Shown here one piece after another: positions 27,653-32,000 of a stretch of DNA of 32,000 bases. Position 1 is the stretch's first letter. The number at the start of each line of letters is the position of its first letter. The stretch lies in NCBI RefSeq assembly GCF_001305575.3, contig NZ_CP012373.2, positions 3,888,799-3,920,798 on the forward strand, read 5' to 3'. The position numbers and the translations under genes are program-made. Under the pieces are notes generated by a model. That model was not told the origin of the DNA. It made no database searches and saw nothing but the letters and a program-made list of their open reading frames with translations. The DNA comes from Beggiatoa leptomitoformis. GTDB lineage: Bacteria; Pseudomonadota; Gammaproteobacteria; Beggiatoales; Beggiatoaceae.

Positions 27653-29140
27653 CTAACCCTCGCGTGTCACTCGTAATAATTCCTCAATCGTACTATCACC
27701 TGCTAATACCTGTTGCGTGCCATTCTGCAACATACTACTTTGTCGCTGATGCGCATACGCTTCAAGTTCATGTTGTCCTATTTGATCATGAATCATCGTC
27801 CGTAACGAACCATCCACGTCAATTAATTCATAAATACCTGTACGTCCTTTATAACCAATATGGTTGCACGATTTACACCCATTTGCCGCATACAAGGTCA
27901 AATCGGGGGGTAAATTTGCCCGTTGTAATGCCTCTTTTTCTGTCAGACTTGCTAAATAAGGCGTTTTACACGCGGGACAAAGCAAGCGCACTAAGCGTTG
28001 CGACATCACCGACAACAAACTGGAGGACAACAAAAACGGTTCAATCCCCATATCACGCAAGCGCGTTACCGCCCCAATAGCAGTATTTGTATGCAAAGTG
28101 GATAACACTAAATGCCCTGTTAAACTTGCCTGTACCGCAATTTGGGCGGTTTCTGCATCCCGAATTTCCCCAACCATTACAACATCAGGGTCTTGACGTA
28201 AAATTGCTCGCAATCCGCGTGCAAAAGTCATATTAACCTTTGTATTAACTTGTGTTTGTCCGATGCCATCCAAATAATATTCAATGGGGTCTTCAACCGT
28301 CATAATATTACGACTATGGTCATTTAAATAATTCAACATTGCATACAAACTAGTGGTCTTGCCAGAGCCTGTTGGGCCTGTGACTAAAATAATTCCATGC
28401 GGTTTTATCAACTGTGCTTGTAAACGACTTAACATATCATCAGGCATACCAATATCTTGTAAATTTAATCGTCCTGCCTGTTTGTCTAACAAACGCAATA
28501 CCACCCGCTCACCATGTCCACTAGGAATCGTTGAGACCCGCACATCGACCGCTCGCCCCGCAATACGCAAAGAAATCCGCCCATCTTGTGGCAACCGTTT
28601 TTCGGCAATGTCCAACTTTGCCATCACCTTAATTCGTGAGACTAATAACGGTGCAAGTACTCGTCTAGGCTGTAAAACCTCACGTAATACACCATCAACA
28701 CGAAACCGTACCACTAAGCGACTTTCAAACGGTTCAATATGAATATCTGACGCATTTTCTTTAATTGCTTCAGATAATAACGCATTAATTAATCGAATAA
28801 TTGGCGCATCATCACTGCTTTCTAACAAATCCTCAGGTTCTGAGGACAACTGCTGTGCAACCTGAAACAAGTCTAATTCATCACCAATACCCTCCATCAT
28901 CTGCATAGACTGATTGGCTTGTTGCTCATAATGACGCGTCAATAAAATATCGAATTGTTCACTGGATATTGTCTCTAGTTGCACAGGACGCGCCAAAAAT
29001 CGTCGTACTTCATTTAATGTTTGTAAACTAAAATCAGGACGGCAATATAAATAAGCCTGTTCAGCAATTAACTGTTTTAAAATAACACCATGTCGTTTTG
29101 CAAATGCAAATGGCAATATAGTGGGGGCGAGAGTATTCAT
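27653..29140 (-). CDS. gspE: Type II secretion system ATPase GspE
   Basis: It resembles V. cholerae EpsE along its whole length: LPFAFAKRHGV (N1E), DAPIIRLINALL, Walker A GPTGSGKTT, LRQDPDVVMVGEIRD, TGHLVLSTLHTN, and the tetracysteine CPACK...CKSCNHIGYKGRTG. ATG 29140 (MNTLAPTILPFAFAKRHG) is preferred over the track's TTG at 29185. Confidence 0.93.
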   Translation of the reverse strand: MNTLAPTILPFAFAKRHGVILKQLIAEQAYLYCRPDFSLQTLNEVRRFLARPVQLETISSEQFDILLTRHYEQQANQSMQMMEGIGDELDLFQVAQQLSSEPEDLLESSDDAPIIRLINALLSEAIKENASDIHIEPFESRLVVRFRVDGVLREVLQPRRVLAPLLVSRIKVMAKLDIAEKRLPQDGRISLRIAGRAVDVRVSTIPSGHGERVVLRLLDKQAGRLNLQDIGMPDDMLSRLQAQLIKPHGIILVTGPTGSGKTTSLYAMLNYLNDHSRNIMTVEDPIEYYLDGIGQTQVNTKVNMTFARGLRAILRQDPDVVMVGEIRDAETAQIAVQASLTGHLVLSTLHTNTAIGAVTRLRDMGIEPFLLSSSLLSVMSQRLVRLLCPACKTPYLASLTEKEALQRANLPPDLTLYAANGCKSCNHIGYKGRTGIYELIDVDGSLRTMIHDQIGQHELEAYAHQRQSSMLQNGTQQVLAGDSTIEELLRVTREG

Positions 29141-29376
29141 AAGGCAAAAAGTTAAGGTAATAGAGCAGCAAATGGATTTAAACAATTGTATTATAAAATA
29201 CCTGATAATTCGTAGGTATCGCCAGCGCGGTCAACCCAGATAAAATAAGCCATATCAGCACACAGCTTTTATTTGAATCAAAACTAACCCGCTTTAAAAA
29301 ATAAAAAGCTTTTTAGATAAACAGATGCGAATCTATTCGCACGAATAAATCCATAAAACTCCACCAAAGGCAATGT

Positions 29377-30984
29377 ATGAGCATATTAAAAACAACCATT
29401 GATACCCGTTCCGCAGGCTATCATGAAAATGTCCTTGCCATGCAAGGGCTAGTGCAAGATTTACGCGCAAAAATTACCGTTGTGACACAAGGCGGTGGTG
29501 AACGCGCCCGTGCAAAACACCTAGAACGCGGAAAACTGCTCCCCCGTGAGCGCGTACGCGCCCTGCTTGATGTTGGCTCACCCTTTTTAGAACTATCACA
29601 ACTCGCCGCGTATGCTGTTTACGATGATGATGTTCCTGCTGCGGGCATTATTACAGGCATTGGGCGTATTATGGGGTGCGAGTGCATGATTGTAGCGAAT
29701 GATGCGACCGTTAAAGGTGGTACATACTACCCCTTAACAGTTAAAAAACACTTACGCGCCCAAGAAATTGCGACAGAAAATCAGTTACCCTGTCTATATC
29801 TCGTCGATTCAGGCGGTGCATTTTTACCCCATCAAGATGAAGTTTTTCCCGATAAAGACGATTTCGGACGTATTTTCTTCAATCAAGCGACTTTATCTGC
29901 ACGCGGTATTCCCCAAATTGCCGTTGTTATGGGTTCATGTACGGCAGGCGGTGCGTATGTTCCCGCGATGTCGGACGAAAGCATTATCGTTAAAAATCAA
30001 GGGACAATATTTTTAGGAGGCCCTCCTTTAGTAAAAGCAGCAACTGGCGAAATTGTCAGTGCAGAAGAATTAGGCGGTGCAGATGTTCACTGTCGCACCT
30101 CGGGCGTAACCGACCATTATGCCCATGATGACCGCCACGCGCTCGCCATCGCCCGCCAAATTGTTGGTAACTTAAATCGCGTTAAAAAACCAATGCTCGC
30201 CATACGTCCTGTCATTCCACCTTTATATGACCCCCAAGAGATTTATGGCGTTATTCCCAAAGACCCTCGTAAACCATTTGATATTCGGGAAATTATCGCC
30301 CGTTTAGTTGATGGCTCAGAATTTGACGAATTTAAACAACTTTATGGCGCAACCCTTGTGTGTGGCTTTGCCCATTTATGGGGTTATCCTGTTGGAATTG
30401 TGGCGAATAATGGCATTTTATTTTCCGAATCAGCGCAAAAAGGCGCGCATTTTATTGAATTATGTAGCCAACGTGGCATCCCCTTAATATTTTTACAAAA
30501 TATCACAGGGTTTATGGTCGGGAAAAAATACGAATCGGGTGGTATAGCCAAAGATGGCGCGAAAATGGTCACTGCCGTCGCTTGCGCACAAGTACCTAAA
30601 TTAACTGTATTAATTGGCGGCAGTTTTGGTGCAGGCAATTACGGCATGTGCGGACGGGCATATAGTCCACGTTTTTTATGGATGTGGCCTAATGCGCGTA
30701 TTTCAGTCATGGGCGGCGAACAAGCCGCTAATGTGTTAGCACAAGTTCGTCGCGACAATATGGAAGCCAACGGTAAAACATGGTCCAGCGCGGAAGAACA
30801 AAGCTTTAAAGACCCCATCCGCACACAGTATGAAACACAAGGACATCCTTATTATGCCAGTGCGCGATTATGGGATGATGGTGTGATAGACCCCACAGAT
30901 ACCCGCATGGTACTTGGTTTAGGATTATCCGCCTGCCTGAATGCACCCATAGAAAAAACCCAGTTTGGTGTGTTTAGAATGTAA
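29377..30984 (+). CDS. liuB: 3-methylcrotonyl-CoA carboxylase carboxyltransferase (beta) subunit
   Basis: 535 aa, collinear with P. aeruginosa LiuB as recalled: [76 protein letters not shown] propionyl-CoA carboxylase beta subunit cannot be fully excluded without a search. Confidence 0.85.
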   Translation: MSILKTTIDTRSAGYHENVLAMQGLVQDLRAKITVVTQGGGERARAKHLERGKLLPRERVRALLDVGSPFLELSQLAAYAVYDDDVPAAGIITGIGRIMGCECMIVANDATVKGGTYYPLTVKKHLRAQEIATENQLPCLYLVDSGGAFLPHQDEVFPDKDDFGRIFFNQATLSARGIPQIAVVMGSCTAGGAYVPAMSDESIIVKNQGTIFLGGPPLVKAATGEIVSAEELGGADVHCRTSGVTDHYAHDDRHALAIARQIVGNLNRVKKPMLAIRPVIPPLYDPQEIYGVIPKDPRKPFDIREIIARLVDGSEFDEFKQLYGATLVCGFAHLWGYPVGIVANNGILFSESAQKGAHFIELCSQRGIPLIFLQNITGFMVGKKYESGGIAKDGAKMVTAVACAQVPKLTVLIGGSFGAGNYGMCGRAYSPRFLWMWPNARISVMGGEQAANVLAQVRRDNMEANGKTWSSAEEQSFKDPIRTQYETQGHPYYASARLWDDGVIDPTDTRMVLGLGLSACLNAPIEKTQFGVFRM

Positions 30985-31298
30985 TATTTGAGAGTGCATT
31001 ATGTTGCGTAAATATGCTTAACATATCTCTGCATCTTCTTTTTTAGCACTATCCTTATTTGTTTGTACTTGCTGAGTTTTATAAATAGATTAAAATTATC
31101 AGGGTGATATTTTCACTTTTATTGGTATAGGGCAAAATTGTTCAGCAGATAATAGAGTTCGGATTATGCTGACGAGTACGGTACTGATTACACTCGTTCT
31201 GCTAACCGTGACAATATTGCACCTACGATTAATTACTACACTTTAAGTTTTCGTGTTGTTCTTATTTTCCCCTAGGATTCTTTACACTTTATACTTTT

Positions 31299-31402
31299 TT
31301 GTCTGAACCGCAATTTACACAATTAACTTAATTTTCTAAATTTTAAAGAATATTTTTTATAATGATGAAAATTGAGATAATTAAGTAATTGTGGTTCAGA
31401 CA
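31299..31402. repeat. 17-bp inverted repeat pair enclosing a 70-nt AT-rich spacer, just upstream of the PD-(D/E)XK ORF
   Basis: TTGTCTGAACCGCAATT (31299-31315) pairs with AATTGTGGTTCAGACAA (31386-31402) at 16 of 17 positions. Confidence 0.6.
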
Positions 31403-31415
31403 ACAGGAAAAAAAC

Positions 31416-32000
31416 CATGCAAGTCGCCTCATTACGTTACGAAGTGATTTTTAAAAAAGCCTTTTGCGATGTAGAAGTGTTTAAAGCCTTTGTAAAAGAT
31501 TTTCTTGGGATTGATTTAAAGATAGATAAAGTCGAAACAGAAAAGAAATATGAAAAACCGATAGGGAATGTCGATTCGCGTTTTGACTTACACGCCGAAG
31601 ATTTAGAAAACCGCGTCATCGTTGATATTCAACATCGGCGTTATCCCGACCATTATGACCGTTTTTTACACTACCACTGTGCAGCACTATTACAACAAGT
31701 GGAAAATGCAAAAAATTATTCTCCAAACTTAACTGTTTTTACCATCGTTGTTTCCACCTCTGGCACAAAAGAAGATGTTGCGATGGCAGAAATCAACTTT
31801 GACCCTATTGATTGCTTTACTAAAAAAGCCTTGAATAAAATTCATCACCGTATTCTCTATATTTCGCCAAAACATGTTAATGAAAACACCCCCGAACCCT
31901 ATCGCCAATGGTTAGAACTGATAAAAGACAGCTTAGACGAAGAAATAGATGAAACGATTTACCATAAACACGAAATTTTAAAAGTGGTGGATTTAATCAA
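31416..32000 (+). CDS. PD-(D/E)XK nuclease-family protein ('transposase-like' PDDEXK_2 / Rpn-YhgA-like); the 3' end runs off the window
   Basis: Not in the ORF track because no stop lies in the window. The frame is open from ATG 31416 (AGGA upstream) for 195 codons: MQVASLRYEVIFKKAFCDVEVFKAFVKDFLGIDL...DSRFDLHAEDLENRVIVDIQHRRYPDHYDRFLHY. This is the D...(D/E)xQ/K arrangement with the N-terminal FKK.F....F..FL motif typical of this family. Confidence 0.7.

Noticed and set aside
27580-28742. Track ORFs 27580..28080(+) and 28353..28742(+)
   Set aside because: They are antisense to gspE, whose identity is unambiguous.
27653-29140. An MshE-type c-di-GMP-binding N-terminal motif in the GspE ATPase, suspected because of proximity to the GGDEF-EAL gene
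   Set aside because: The N-terminus is the GspL-binding N1E type (LPFAFAKRHGV). I do not see the tandem RLGxx(L/V/I)(L/V/I)xxG(L/V/I/F)(L/V/I)xxxxLxxxLxxQ motifs, and the two genes are not co-oriented.
29768-30824. Track ORFs 29768..30016(+), 30384..30638(-) and 30639..30824(-)
   Set aside because: They are nested in, or antisense to, liuB.
31437-31619. Track ORF 31437..31619(-)
   Set aside because: It is antisense to the open PD-(D/E)XK reading frame, which has recognisable family motifs.

Overview
This is a 32-kb chromosomal segment from an AT-rich genome that looks gammaproteobacterial. The housekeeping backbone is moaD-moaE, gatB, dsbC, yajQ, rpsP-rimM-trmD-rplS, hpt-mtnP, gspE and liuB/mccB. 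The cyanobacteria-like accessory genes make a Thiotrichales/Beggiatoaceae-type host plausible, but that is a guess. Several accessory or decayed elements sit between the housekeeping blocks. (i) An 803-codon ORF cut by the left edge, missing from the supplied ORF track, encodes a secreted papain-like protease with a PKD tail (1-2409). (ii) A 2016-aa single polypeptide combines a Ser/Thr kinase, a STAND-type P-loop NTPase, helical repeats, GAF, two PAS domains and a SpoIIE/PP2C phosphatase (3253-9303). (iii) Two short orphan RHS/YD core fragments lie on opposite strands (3049-3177 and 14738-14890). The second is joined by an ATGA overlap to a 101-aa EF-Tu-domain-3-like ORF and is interrupted by a 165-bp MITE plus an 877-bp IS630-family element. 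(iv) A cassette of about 1 kb is bracketed by 157/146-bp direct repeats that duplicate the promoter and first codons of a CHASE-PAS-GGDEF-EAL gene. It carries a 122-aa MreB-derived mini-protein. (v) gspE has no other T2SS genes nearby. (vi) A PD-(D/E)XK nuclease-family ORF is cut by the right edge (31416-32000). I recognised no rRNA, tRNA or CRISPR array. All homology calls come from reading motifs by eye, not from database searches.
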